From: Auanema rhodensis
Lineage: Eukaryota; Animalia; Nematoda
Length of the DNA stretch: 64,000 nt
Direction: 5' to 3'
NCBI GenBank assembly: GCA_964057225.1
Contig: CAXKVF010000079.1
Span: forward strand, 310,001-374,000
Under the pieces are notes generated by a model, which was given only the letters and a program-made list of their open reading frames with translations, was not told where the DNA came from and made no database searches. The translations under genes were made by a program, and so were the position numbers. Shown here in pieces: positions 25,301-39,900 of this stretch (the first letter of the stretch is position 1; the number at the start of each line of letters is the position of its first letter).

Positions 25301-27628
25301 TTATGCTAATTAAATGTACACGTGATGTGCACTTGGTATGTAACTCGCTTCACGTGAAAGATAAAGAGATGCGGTTTTCAAAATTAGATTCCTTATGTCC
25401 ATATTAGTCCAAAAACAAATTTTTATTGATATTGGTTCATGGTAACCATGACTTTGAAATTTACGTGAACTTTAATTTATGCTAATTAAATGTACACGTG
25501 ATGTGCACTTGGTATGTAACTCGCTTCACGTGAAAGATAAAGAGATGCGGTTTTCAAAATTAGATTCCCCATGTCCATATTAGTCTAAAAACAAATTTTT
25601 ATTGATATTGGTTCATGGTAACCATGTCTTTGAAATTTACGTGAACTTTAATTTATGCTAATTAAATGTACACGTGATGTGCACTTGGTATGTAACTCGC
25701 TTCACGTGAAAGACAAAGAGATGAGGTTTTCAAAATTAGATTCCCCATGTCCATATTAGTCTAAAAACAAATTTTTATTGATATTGGTGCATGGTAACCA
25801 TGACTTTGAAATTTACGTGAACTTTAATTTATGCTAATTAAATGTACACGTGATGTGCACTTGGTATGTAACTCGCTTCACGTGAAAGATAAAGAGATGC
25901 GGTTTACAAAATTAGATTCCCCATGTCCATATTAGTCTAAACACAACTTTTTATTGATATTGGTTCATGGTAACCATGACTTTGAAATTTACGTGAACTT
26001 TAATTTATGCTAATTAAATGTACACGTGATGTGCACTTGGTATGTAACTCGCTTCACGTGAAAGATAAAGAGATGCGGTTTTCAAAGTTAGATTCCCCAT
26101 GTCCATATTAGTCTAAAAACAAATTGTTATTGATATTGGTGCATGGTAACCATGACTTTGAAATTTACGTGAACTTTAATTCATGCTAATTAAATGTACA
26201 CGTGATGTGCACTTGGTATGTAACTCGCTTCACGTAAAAGATAAAGAGATGCGGTTTTCAAAATTAGATTCCCCATGTCCATATTAGTCTAAAAACAAAT
26301 TTTATTGATATTGGTTCGTGGTAACCATGTCTTTGAAATTTACGTGAACTTTAATTTATGCTAATTAAATGTACACGTGATGTGCACTTGGTATGTAACT
26401 CGCTTCACGTGAAAGATAAAGAGATGCGGTTTTCAAAATTAGATTCCCCATGTCCATATTAGTCTAAAAACAAATTTTTATTGATATTGGTGCATGGTAA
26501 CCATGACTTTGAAATTTACGTGAACTTTAATTTATGCTAATTAAATGTACACGTGATGTGCACTTGGTATGTAACTCGCTTCACGTGAAAGATAAAGAGA
26601 TGCGGTTTTCAAAATTTGATTCCCCATGTCCATATTAGTCTAAAAACAATTTTTTATTGATATTGGTTCATGGTAACCATGACTTTGAAATTTACGTGAA
26701 CTTTAATTTATGATAATTAAATGTACACGTGATGTGCCCTTGGTATGTAACTCGCTTCACGTGAAAGATAAAGAGATGCGGTTTTCAAAATTATATTCCC
26801 CATGTCCATATTAGTTTAAAAACAAATTTTTATTGATATTAGTGCATGGTAACCATGACTTTGAAATTTACGTGAACTTTAATTTATGCTAATTAAATGT
26901 ACACGTGATGTGCACTTGGTATGTAACTCGCTTCACGTGAAAGATAAAGAGATGCGGTTTTCACAATTTGATTCCCCATGTCCATATTAGTCTAAAAACA
27001 AATTTTTATTGATATTGGTTCATGGTAATCATGACTTTGAAATTTACGTGAACTTTAATTTATGCTAATTAAATGTACACGTGATGTGCACTTGGTATGT
27101 AACTCGCTTCGCTTGAAAGATAAAGAGATGCGGTTTTCAAAATTAGATTCCCCATGTCCATATTAGTCTAAAAACAAATTTTTATTGATATTGGTTCATG
27201 GTAACCATGACTTTGAAATTTACATGAACTTTAATTTATGCTAATTAAATGTACACGTGATGAGCACTTGGTATGTAACTCGCTTCACGTGAAAGATAAA
27301 AAGATGCGGTTTTCAAAATTAGATTCCCCATGTCCATATTAGTCTAAAAACAAATTTTTATTGATATTGGTGCATGGTAACCATGACTTTGAAATTTACG
27401 TGAACTTTAATTTATGCTAATTAAATGTACACGTGATGTGCACTTGGTATGTAACTCGCTTCACGTGAAAGATAAAGAGATGCGGTTTTCAAAATTAGAT
27501 TCCCCATGTCCATATTAGTTTAAAAACAAATTTTTATTGATATTGGTGCATGGTAACCATGACTTTGAAATTTACGTGAACTTTAATTCATGCTAATTAA
27601 ATGTACACGTGATGTGCACTTGGTATGT

Positions 27629-30320
27629 TACTCGCTTCACGTAAAAGATAAAGAGATGCGGTTTTCAAAATTAGATTCCCCATGTCCATATTAGTCTAAA
27701 AACAAATTTTTATTGATATTGGTTCATGGTAACCATGTCTTTGAAATTTACGTGAACTTTAATTTATGCTAATTAAATGTACACGTGATGTGCACTTGGT
27801 ATGTAACTCGCTTCACGTGAAAGATAAAGAGATGCGGTTTTCAAAATTAGATTCCCCATGTCCATATTAGTCTAAAAACAAATTTTTATTGATATTGGTT
27901 CATGGTAACCATGACATTGAAATTTACGTGAACTTTAATTCATGCTAATTAAATGTACACGTGATGTGCACTTGTTATGTAACTCGCTTCACGTGAAAGA
28001 TGAAGAGATGCGGTTTTCAAAATTAGATTCCCCATGTCCATATTAGTCTAAAAACAAATTTTTATTGATATTGGTGCATGGTAACCATGACTTTGAAATT
28101 TACGTGAACTTTAATTTATGCTAATCAAATGTACACGTGATGTGCACTTGGTATGTAACTCGCTTCACGTGAAAGATAAAGAGATGCGGTTTTTAAAATT
28201 AGATTCCCCATGTCCATATTAGTCTAAAAACAACTTTTTATTGATATTGGTTCATGGTAACCATGACATTGAAATTTACGTGAACTTTAATTTATGCTAA
28301 TTAAATGTACACGTGATGTGCCCTTGGTATGTAACTCGCTTCACGTGAAAGATAAAGAGATGCGGTTTTCAAAATTAGATTCCCCATGTCCATATTAGTC
28401 TAAAAACAAATTTCTATTGATATTGGTTCATGGTAACCATGACTTTGAAATTTACGTGAACTTTAATTTATGCTAATTAAATGTACACGTGATGTGCACT
28501 TGGTATGTAATTCGCTTCACGTAAAAGATAAAGAGATGCGGTTTTCAAAATTAGATTCCCCATGTCCATATTAGTCTAAAAACAAATTTTTATTGATATT
28601 GGTTCATGGTAACCATGACTTTGAAATTTACGTGAACTTTAATTTATGCTAATTAAATGTACACGTGATGAACACTTGGTATGTAACTCGCTTCACGTGA
28701 AAGATAAAGAGATGCGGTTTTCAAAATTAGATTCCCCATGTCCATATTAGTCTAAAAACAAATTTTTATTGATATTGGTGCATGGTAACCATGACTTTGA
28801 AATTTACGTGAACTTTAATTTATGCTAATTAAATGTACACGTGATGTGCACTTGGTATGTAACTCGCTTCACGTGAAAGATAAAGAGATGCGGTCTTCAA
28901 AATTAGATTCCTCATGTCCATATTAGTCTAAAAACAAATTTTTATTGATATTGGTGCATGGTAACCATGACTTTGAAATTTACGTGAACTTTAATTCATG
29001 CTAATTAAATGTACACGTGATGTGCACTTGGTATGTTACTCGCTTCACGTAAAAGATAAAGAGATGCGGTTTTCAAAATTAGATTCCCCATGTCCATATT
29101 AGTCTAAAAACAAATTTTTATTGATATTGGTTCATGGTAACCATGTCTTTGAAATTTACGTGAACTTTAATTTATGCTAATTAAATGTACACGTGATGTG
29201 CACTTGGTATGTAACTCGCTTCACGTGAAAGATAAAGAGATGCGGTTTTCAAAATTAGATTCCCCATGTCCATATTAGTCTAAAAACAAATTTTTATTGA
29301 TATTGGTTCATGGTAACCATGACATTGAAATTTACGTGAACTTTAATTCATGCTAATTAAATGTACACGTGATGTGCACTTGTTATGTAACTCGCTTCAC
29401 GTGAAAGATGAAGAGATGCGGTTTTCAAAATTAGATTCCCCATGTCCATATTAGTCTAAAAACAAATTTTTATTGATATTGGTGCATGGTAACCATGACT
29501 TTGAAATTTACGTGAACTTTAATTTATGCTAATCAAATGTACACGTGATGTGCACTTGGTATGTAACTCGCTTCACGTGAAAGATAAAGAGATGCGGTTT
29601 TCAAAATTAGATTCCCCATGTCCATATTAGTCTAAAAACAACTTTTTATTGATATTGGTTCATGGTAACCATGACATTGAAATTTACGTGAACTTTAATT
29701 TATGCTAATTAAATGTACACGTGATGTGCCCTTGGTATGTAACTCGCTTCACGTGAAAGATAAAGAGATGCGGTTTTCAAAATTAGATTCCCCATGTCCA
29801 TATTAGTCTAAAAACAAATTTTTATTGATATTGGTTCATGGTAACCATGACTTTGAAATTTACGTGAACTTTAATTTATGCTAATTAAATGTACACGTGA
29901 TGTGCACTTGGTATGTAATTCGCTTCACGTAAAAGATAAAGAGATGCGGTTTTCAAAATTAGATTCCCCATGTCCATATTAGTCTAAAAACAAATTTTTA
30001 TTGATATTGGTTCATGGTAACCATGACTTTGAAATTTACGTGAACTTTAATTTATGCTAATTAAATGTACACGTGATGAACACTTGGTATGTAACTCGCT
30101 TCACGTGAAAGATAAAGAGATGCGGTTTTCAAAATTAGATTCCCCATGTCCATATTAGTCTAAAAACAAATTTTTATTGATATTGGTGCATGGTAACCAT
30201 GACTTTGAAATTTACGTGAACTTTAATTTATGCTAATTAAATGTACACGTGATGTGCACTTGGTATGTAACTCGCTTCACGTGAAAGATAAAGAGATGCG
30301 GTCTTCAAAATTAGATTCCT
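27629..30320. repeat. Tandem duplication of an 8-monomer unit (1408 bp)
   Basis: Private markers recur at +1408: GTATGTTACTCG (27629/29037), CTAATCAAAT, AATTCGC+ACGTAAA and GGTCTTC+TTCCTCATG. Confidence 0.88.
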
Positions 30321-33300
30321 CATGCCCATATTAGTCTAAAAACAAAATTTTATTGATATTGGTTCATGGTAACCATGACTTTGAAATTTACGTGAACTTT
30401 AATTTATGCTAATTAAATGTACACGTGGTGTGCACTTGGTATGTAACTCGCTTCACGTGAAAGATAAAGAGATGCGGTTTTCAAAATTAGATTCCCCATG
30501 TCCATATTAGTCTAAAAACAAATTTTTATTGATATTGGTTCATGGTAACCATGACTTTGAAATTTACGTGAACTTTAATTTATGCTAATTAAATGTACAC
30601 GTGATGTGCACTTGGTATGTAACTCGCTTCACGTGAAAGATAAAGAGATGCGGTTTTCAAAATTAGATTCCCCATGTCCATATTAGTCTAAAAACAAATT
30701 TTTATTGATATTGGTTCATGGTAACCATGTCTTTGAAATTTACGTGAACTTTAATTTATGCTAATTAAATGTACACGTGATGTGCACTTGGTATGTAACT
30801 CGCTTCACGTGAAAGATAAAGAGATGCGGTTTTCAAAATTAGATTCCCCATGTCCATATTAGTCTAAAAACAAATTTTTATTGATATTGGTGCATGGTAA
30901 CCATGACTTTGAAATTTACGTGAACTTTAATTTATGCTAATTAAATGTACACGTGATGTGCACTTGGTATGTAACTCGCTTCACGTGAAAGATAAAAAGA
31001 TGCGGTTTTCAAAATTAGATTCCCCATGTCCATATTAGTCTAAAAACAAATTTTTATTGATATTGGTTCATGGTAACCATGACTTTGAAATTTACGTGAA
31101 CTTTAATTTATGCTAATTAAATGTACACGTGATGTGCACTTGGTATGTAACTCGCTTCACGTGAAAGATAAAGAGATGCGGTTTTCACAATTAGATTCCC
31201 CATGTCCATATTAGTCTAAAAACGAATTTTTATTGATATTGGTGCATGGTAACCATGACTTTGAAATTTACGTGAATTTTAGTTTATGCTAATTAAATGT
31301 ACACGTGGTGTGCACTTGGTATGTAACTCGCTTCACGTGAAAGATAAAGAGATGCGGTTTTCAAAATTAAATTCCCCATGTCCATATTAGTCTAAAAACA
31401 AATTTTTATTGATATTGGTTCATGGTAACCATGACTTTGAAATTTACGTGAACTTTAATTTATGCTAATTAAATGTACACGTGATGTGCCCCTGGTATGT
31501 AACTCGCTTCACGTGAAAGATAAAGAGATGCGGTTTTCAAAATTAGATTCCCCTTGTCCATATTAGTTTGAAAACAAATTTTTATTGATATTGGTGCATG
31601 GTAACCATCACTTTGAAATTTACGTGAACTTTAATTTATGCTAATTAAATGTACACGTGATGTGCACTTGGTATGTAACTCGCTTCACGTGAGAGATAAA
31701 GAGATGCGGTTTTCAAAATTTGATTCCCCATGTCCATATCAGTCTAAAAACAAATTTTTATTGATATTGGTTCATGGTAACCATGACTTTGAAATTTACG
31801 TGAACTTTAATTTATGCTAATTAAATGTACACGTGATGTGCACTTGGTATGTAACTCGCTTCACGTGAAAGATAAAGAGATGCGGTTTTCAAAATTAGAT
31901 TCCCCATGTCCATATTAGTTTAAAAACAAATTTATATTGATATTGGTGCATGGTAACCATGACTTTGAAATTTACGTGAACTTTAATTTATGCTAATTAA
32001 ATGTACACGTGATGTGCACTTGGTATGTAACTCGCTTCACGTAAAAGATAAAGAGATGCGGATTCCAAAATTAGATTCCCCATGTCCATATTAGTCTAAA
32101 AACAAATTTTTATTGATATTGGTTTATGGTAACCATGACTTTGAAATTTACGTGAACTTTAGTTTATGCTAATTAAATGTACACGTGGTGTGCACTTGGT
32201 ATGTAACTCGCTTCACGTGAAAGATAAAGAGATGCGGTTTTCAAAATTAGATTCCCCATGTCCATATTAGTCTAAAAACAAATTTTTATTGATATTGGTT
32301 CATGGTAACCATGACTTTGAAATTTACGTGAACTTTAATTTATGCTAATTAAATGTACACGTGATGTGCACTTGGTATGTAACTCGCTTCACGTGAAAGA
32401 TAAAGAGATGCGGTTTTCAAAATTAGATTCCCCATGTCCATATTAGTCTAAAAACGAATTTGTATTGATATTGGTGCATGGTAACCATGACTTTGAAATT
32501 TACGTGAACTTTAGTTTATGCTAATTAAATGTACACGTGGTGTGCACTTGGTATGTAACTCGCTTCACGTGAAAGATAAAGAGATGCGGTTTTCAAAATT
32601 AGATTCCCCATGTCCATATTAGTCTAAAAACAAATTTTTATTGATATTGGTTCATGGTAACCATGACTTTGAAATTTACGTGAACTTTAATTTATGCTAA
32701 TTAAATGTACACGTGATGTGCACTTGGTATGTAACTCGCTTCACGTGAAAGATAAAGAGATGCGGTTTTCAAAATTAGATTCCCCATGTCCATATTAGTC
32801 TAAAAACAAATTTTTATTGATATTGGTGCATGGTAACCATGACTTTGAAATTTACGTGAACTTTAATTTATGCTAATTAAATGTACACGTGATGTGCACT
32901 TGGTATGTAACTCGCTTCACGTGAAAGATAAAGAGATGCGGTTTTCAAAATTAGATTCCTTATGTCCATATTAGTCCAAAAACAAATTTTTATTGATATT
33001 GGTTCATGGTAACCATGACTTTGAAATTTACGTGAACTTTAATTTATGCTAATTAAATGTACACGTGATGTGCACTTGGTATGTAACTCGCTTCACGTGA
33101 AAGATAAAGAGATGCGGTTTTCAAAATTAGATTCCCCATGTCCATATTAGTCTAAAAACAAATTTTTATTGATATTGGTTCATGGTAACCATGTCTTTGA
33201 AATTTACGTGAACTTTAATTTATGCTAATTAAATGTACACGTGATGTGCACTTGGTGTGTAACTCGCTTCACGTGAAAGATAAAGAGATGAGGTTTTCAA

Positions 33301-33963
33301 AATTAGATTCCCCATGTCCATATTAGTCTAAAAACAAATTTTTATTGATATTGGTTCATGGTAACCATGTCTTTGAAATTTACGTGAACTTTAATTTATG
33401 CTAATTAAATGTACACGTGATGTGCACTTGGTGTGTAACTCGCTTCACGTGAAAGATAAAAAGATGAGGTTTTCAAAATTAGATTCCCCATGTCCATATT
33501 AGTCTAAAAACAAATTTTTATTGATATTGGTGCATGGTAACCATGACTTTGAAATTTACGTGAACTTTAATTCATGCTAATTAAATGTACACGTGATGTG
33601 CACTTGGTATGTAACTCGCTTCACGTAAAAGATAAAGAGATGCGGTTTTCAAAATTAGATTCCCCATGTCCATATTAGTCTAAAAACAAATTTTATTGAT
33701 ATTGGTTCGTGGTAACCATGTCTTTGAAATTTACGTGAACTTTAATTTATGCTAATTAAATGTACACGTGATGTGCACTTGGTATGTAACTCGCTTCACG
33801 TGAAAGATAAAGAGATGCGGTTTTCAAAATTAGATTCCCCATGTCCATATTAGTCTAAAAACAAATTTTTATTGATATTGGTGCATGGTAACCATGACTT
33901 TGAAATTTACGTGAACTTTAATTTATGCTAATTAAATGTACACGTGATGTGCACTTGGTATGT

Positions 33964-36900
33964 AACTCGCTTCACGTGAAAGATAAAGAGATGCGGTTTT
34001 CAAAATTTGATTCCCCATGTCCATATTAGTCTAAAAACAAATTTTTATTGATATTGGTTCATGGTAACCATGACTTTGAAATTTACGTGAACTTTAATTT
34101 ATGCTAATTAAATGTACACGTGATGTGCCCTTGGTATGTAACTCGCTTCACGTGAAAGATAAAGAGATGCGGTTTTCAAAATTATATTCCCCATGTCCAT
34201 ATTAGTTTAAAAACAAATTTTTATTGATATTAGTGCATGGTAACCATGACTTTGAAATTTACGTGAACTTTAATTTATGCTAATTAAATGTACACGTGAT
34301 GTGCACTCGGTATGTAACTCGCTTCACGTGAAAGATAAAGAGATGCGGTTTTCACAATTTGATTCCCCATGTCCATATTAGTCTAAAAACAAATTTTTAT
34401 TGATATTGGTTCATGGTAATAATGACTTTGAAATTTACGTGAACTTTAATTTATGCTAATTAAATGTACACGTGATGTGCACTTGGTATGTAACTCGCTT
34501 CACGTGAAAGATAAAGAGATGCGGTTTTCAAAATTAGATTCCCCATGTCCATATTAGTCTAAAAACAAATTTTTATTGATATTGGTTCATGGTAACCATG
34601 TCCTTGAAATTTACGTGAACTTTAATTTATGCTAATTAAATGTACACGTGATGTGCACTTGGTATGTAACTCGCTTCACGTGAAAGATAAAGAGATGAGG
34701 TTTTCAAAATTAGATTCCCCATGTCCATATTAGTCTAAAAACAAATTTTTATTGATATTGGTGCATGGTAACCATGACTTTGAAATTTACGTGAACTTTA
34801 ATTTATGCTAATTAAATGTACACGTGATGTGCACGTGGTATGTAACTCGCTTCACGTGAAAGAGAAAGAGATGCGGTTTACAAAATTAGATTCCCCATGT
34901 CCATATTAGTCTAAAAACAAATTTTTATTGATATTGGTTCATGGTAACCATGACTTTGAAATTTACGTGAACTTTAATTTATGCTGATTAAATGTACACG
35001 TGATGTGCACTTGGTATGTAACTCGCTTCACGTGAAAGATAAAGAGATGCGGTTTTCAAAATTAGATTCCCCATGTCCATATTAGTCTAAAAACAACTTT
35101 TTATTGATATTGGTGCATGGTAACCTTGACTTTGAAATTTACGTGAACTTTAATTCATGCTAATTATATGTACACGTGTTGTGCACTTGGTATGTAACTC
35201 GCTTCACGTGAAAGATAAAGAGATGCGGTTTTCAAAATTAGATTCCCCATGTCCATATTAGTCTAAAAACAAATTTTTATTGATATTGGTTCATGGTAAC
35301 CATGACTTTGAAATTTACGTGAACTTTAATTTATGCTAATTAAATGTACACGTGATGTGCACTTGGTATGTAACTCGCTTCACGTGAAAGATAAAGAGAT
35401 GCGGTTTTCAAAATTAGATTCCCCATGTCCATATTAGTCTAAAAACAAATTTTTATTGATATTGGTGCATGGTAACCATGACTTTGAAATTTACGTGAAC
35501 TTTAATTCATGCTAATTAAATGTACACGTGATGTGCACTTGGTATGTAACTCGCTTCACGTGAAAGATAAAGAGATGCGGTTTTCAAAATTTGATTCCCC
35601 ATGTCCATATTAGTCTAAAAACAAATTTTTATTGATATTGGTTCATGGTAACCATGACTTTGAAATTTACGTGAACTTTAATTTATGCTAATTAAATGTA
35701 CACGTGATGTGCCCTTGGTATGTAACTCGCTTCACGTGAAAGATAAAGAGATGCGGTTTTCAAAATTATATTCCCCATGTCCATATTAGTTTTAAAACAA
35801 ATTTTTATTGATATTAGTGCATGGTAACCATGACTTTGAAATTTACGTGAACTTTAATTTATGCTAATTAAATGTACACGTGATGTGCACTCGGTATGTA
35901 ACTCGCTTCACGTGAAAGATAAAGAGATGCGGTTTTCACAATTTGATTCCCCATGTCTATATTAGTCTAAAAACAAATTTTTATTGATATTGGTTCATGG
36001 TAATAATGACTTTGAAATTTACGTGAACTTTAATTTATGCTAATTAAATGTACACGTGATGTGCACTTGGTATGTAACTCGCTTCACGTGAAAGATAAAG
36101 AGATGCGGTTTTCAAAATTAGATTCCCCATGTCCATATTAGTCTAAAAACAAATTTTTATTGATATTGGTTCATGGTAACCATGTCTTTGAAATTTACGT
36201 GAACTTTAATTTATGCTAATTAAATGTACACGTGATGTGCACTTGGTATGTAACTCGCTTCACGTGAAAGATAAAGAGATAAGGTTTTCAAAATTAGATT
36301 CCCCATGTCCATATTAGTCTAAAAACAAATTTTTATTGATATTGGTGCATGGTAACCATGACTTTGAAATTTACGTGAACTTTAATTTATGCTAATTAAA
36401 TGTACACGTGATGTGCACGTGGTATGTAACTCGCTTCACGTGAAAGAGAAAGAGATGCGGTTTACAAAATTAGATTCCCCATGTCCATATTAGTCTAAAA
36501 ACAAATTTTTATTGATATTGGTTCATGGTAACCATGACTTTGAAATTTACGTGAACTTTAATTTATGCTGATTAAATGTACACGTGATGTGCACTTGGTA
36601 TGTAACTCGCTTCACGTGAAAGATAAAGAGATGCGGTTTTCAAAATTAGATTCCCCATGTCCATATTAGTCTAAAAACAACTTTTTATTGATATTGGTGC
36701 ATGGTAACCTTGACTTTGAAATTTACGTGAACTTTAATTCATGCTAATTATATGTACACGTGTTGTGCACTTGGTATGTAACTCGCTTCACGTGAAAGAT
36801 AAAGAGATGCGGTTTTCAAAATTAGATTCCCCATGTCCATATTAGTCTAAACACAAATTTTTATTGATATTGGTTCATGGTAACCATGACTTTGAAATTT

Positions 36901-39900
36901 ACGTGAACTTTAATTTATGCTAATTAAATGTACACGTGATGTGCCCTTGGTATGTAACTCGCTTCACGTGAAAGATAAAGAGATGCGGTTTTCAAAATTA
37001 TATTCCCCATGTCCATATTAGTTTAAAAACAAATTTTTATTGATATTAGTGCATGGTAACCATGACTTTGAAATTTACGTGAACTTTAATTTATGCTAAT
37101 TAAATGTACACGTGATGTGCACTCGGTATGTAACTCGCTTCACGTGAAAGATAAAGAGATGCGGTTTTCACAATTTGATTCCCCATGTCCATATTAGTCT
37201 AAATACAAATTTTTATTGATATTGGTTCATGGTAACCATGTCTTTGAAATTTACGTGAACTTTAATTTATGCTAATTAAATGTACACGTGATGTGCACTT
37301 GGTATGTAACTCGCTTCACGTGAAAGAGAAAGAGATGAGGTTTTCAAAATTAGATTCCCCATGTCCATATTAGTCTAAAAACAAATTTTTATTGATATTG
37401 GTGCATGGTAACCATGACTTTGAAATTTACGTGAACTTTAATTTATGCTGATTAAATGTACACGTGATGTGCACTTGGTATGTAACTCGCTTCACGTGAA
37501 AGAGAAAGAGATGCGGTTTACAAAATTAGATTCCCCATGTCCATATTAGTCTAAAAACAAATTTTTATTGATATTGGTTCATGGTAACCATGACTTTGAA
37601 ATTTACGTGAACTTTAATTTATGCTGATTAAATGTACACGTGATGTGCACTTGGTATGTAACTCGCTTCACGTGAAAGATAAAGAGATGCGGTTTTCAAA
37701 ATTAGATTCCCCATGTCCATATTAGTCTAAAAACAACTTTTTATTGATATTGGTGCATGGTAACCTTGACTTTGAAATTTACGTGAACTTTAATTCATGC
37801 TAATTATATGTACACGTGTTGTGCACTTGGTATGTAACTCGCTTCACGTGAAAGATAAAGAGATTCGGTTTTCAAAATTAGATTCCCCATGTCCATATTA
37901 GTCTAAACACAAATTTTTATTGATATTGGTTCATGGTAACCATGACTTTGAAATTTACGTGAACTTTAATTTATGCTAATTAAATGTACACGTGATGTGC
38001 ACTTGGTATGTAACTCGCTTCACGTGAAAGATAAAGAGATGCGGTTTTCAAAATTAGATTCCCCATGTCCATATTAGTCTAAAAACAAATTTTTATTGAT
38101 ATTGGTGCATGGTAACCATGACTTTGAAATTTACGTGAACTTTAATTCATGCTAATTAAATGTACACGTGATGTGCACTTGGTATGTAACTCGCTTCACG
38201 TGAAAGATAAAGAGATGCGGTTTTCAAAATTTGATTCCCCATGTCCATATTAGTCTAAAAACAAATTTTTATTGATATTGGTTCATGGTAACCATGACTT
38301 TGAAATTTACGTGAACTTTAATTTATGCTAATTAAATGTACACGTGATGTGCCCTTGGTATGTAACTCGCTTCACGTGAAAGATAAAGAGATGCGGTTTT
38401 CAAAATTATATTCCCCATGTCCATATTAGTTTAAAAACAAATTTTTATTGATATTAGTGCATGGTAACCATGACTTTGAAATTTACGTGAACTTTAATTT
38501 ATGCTAATTAAATGTACACGTGATGTGCACTCGGTATGTAACTCGCTTCACGTGAAAGATAAAGAGATGCGGTTTTCACAATTTGATTCCCCATGTCCAT
38601 ATTAGTCTAAAAACAAATTTTTATTGATATTGGTTCATGGTAATAATGACTTTGAAATTTACGTGAACTTTAATTTATGCTAATTAAATGTACACGTGAT
38701 GTGCACTTGGTATGTAACTCGCTTCACGTGAAAGATAAAGAGATGCGGTTTTCAAAATTAGATTCCCCATGTCCATATTAGTCTAAAAACAAATTTTTAT
38801 TGATATTGGTTCATGGTAACCATGTCTTTGAAATTTACGTGAACTTTAATTTATGCTAATTAAATGTACACGTGATGTGCACTTGGTATGTAACTCGCTT
38901 CACGTGAAAGATAAAGAGATGAGGTTTTCGAAATTAGATTCCCCATGTCCATATTAGTCTAAAAACAAATTTTTATTGATATTGGTGCATGGTAACCATG
39001 ACTTTGAAATTTACGTGAACTTTAATTTATGCTAATTAAATGTACACGTGATGTGCACGTGGTATGTAACTCGCTTCACGTGAAAGAGAAAGAGATGCGG
39101 TTTACAAAATTAGATTCCCCATGTCCATATTAGTCTAAAAACAAATTTTTATTGATATTGGTTCATGGTAACTATGACTTTGAAATTTACGTGAACTTTA
39201 ATTTATGCTGATTAAATGTACACGTGATGTGCACTTGGTATGTAACTCGCTTCACGTGAAAGATAAAGAGATGCGGTTTTCAAAATTAGATTCCCCATGT
39301 CCATATTAGTCTAAAAACAACTTTTTATTGATATTGGTGCATGGTAACCTTGACTTTGAAATTTACGTGAACTTTAATTCATGCTAATTATATGTACACG
39401 TGTTGTGCACTTGGTATGTAACTCGCTTCACGTGAAAGATAAAGAGATGCGGTTTTCAAAATTAGATTCCCCATGTCCATATTAGTCTAAACACAAATTT
39501 TTATTGATATTGGTTCATGGTAACCATGACTTTGAAATTTACGTGAACTTTAATTTATGCTAATTAAATGTACACGTGATGTGCCCTTGGTATGTAACTC
39601 GCTTCACGTGAAAGATAAAGAGATGCGGTTTTCAAAATTATATTCCCCATGTCCATATTAGTTTAAAAACAAATTTTTATTGATATTAGTGCATGGTAAC
39701 CATGACTTTGAAATTTACGTGAACTTTAATTTATGCTAATTAAATGTACACGTGATGTGCACTCGGTATGTAACTCGCTTCACGTGAAAGATAAAGAGAT
39801 GCGGTTTTCACAATTTGATTCCCCATGTCCATATTAGTCTAAATACAAATTTTTATTGATATTGGTTCATGGTAACCATGTCTTTGAAATTTACGTGAAC

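Noticed and set aside
31638-31820. 60-aa ORF
   Set aside because: TAG>CAG read-through. The homologous monomers at 18305 and 24110 keep the stop.
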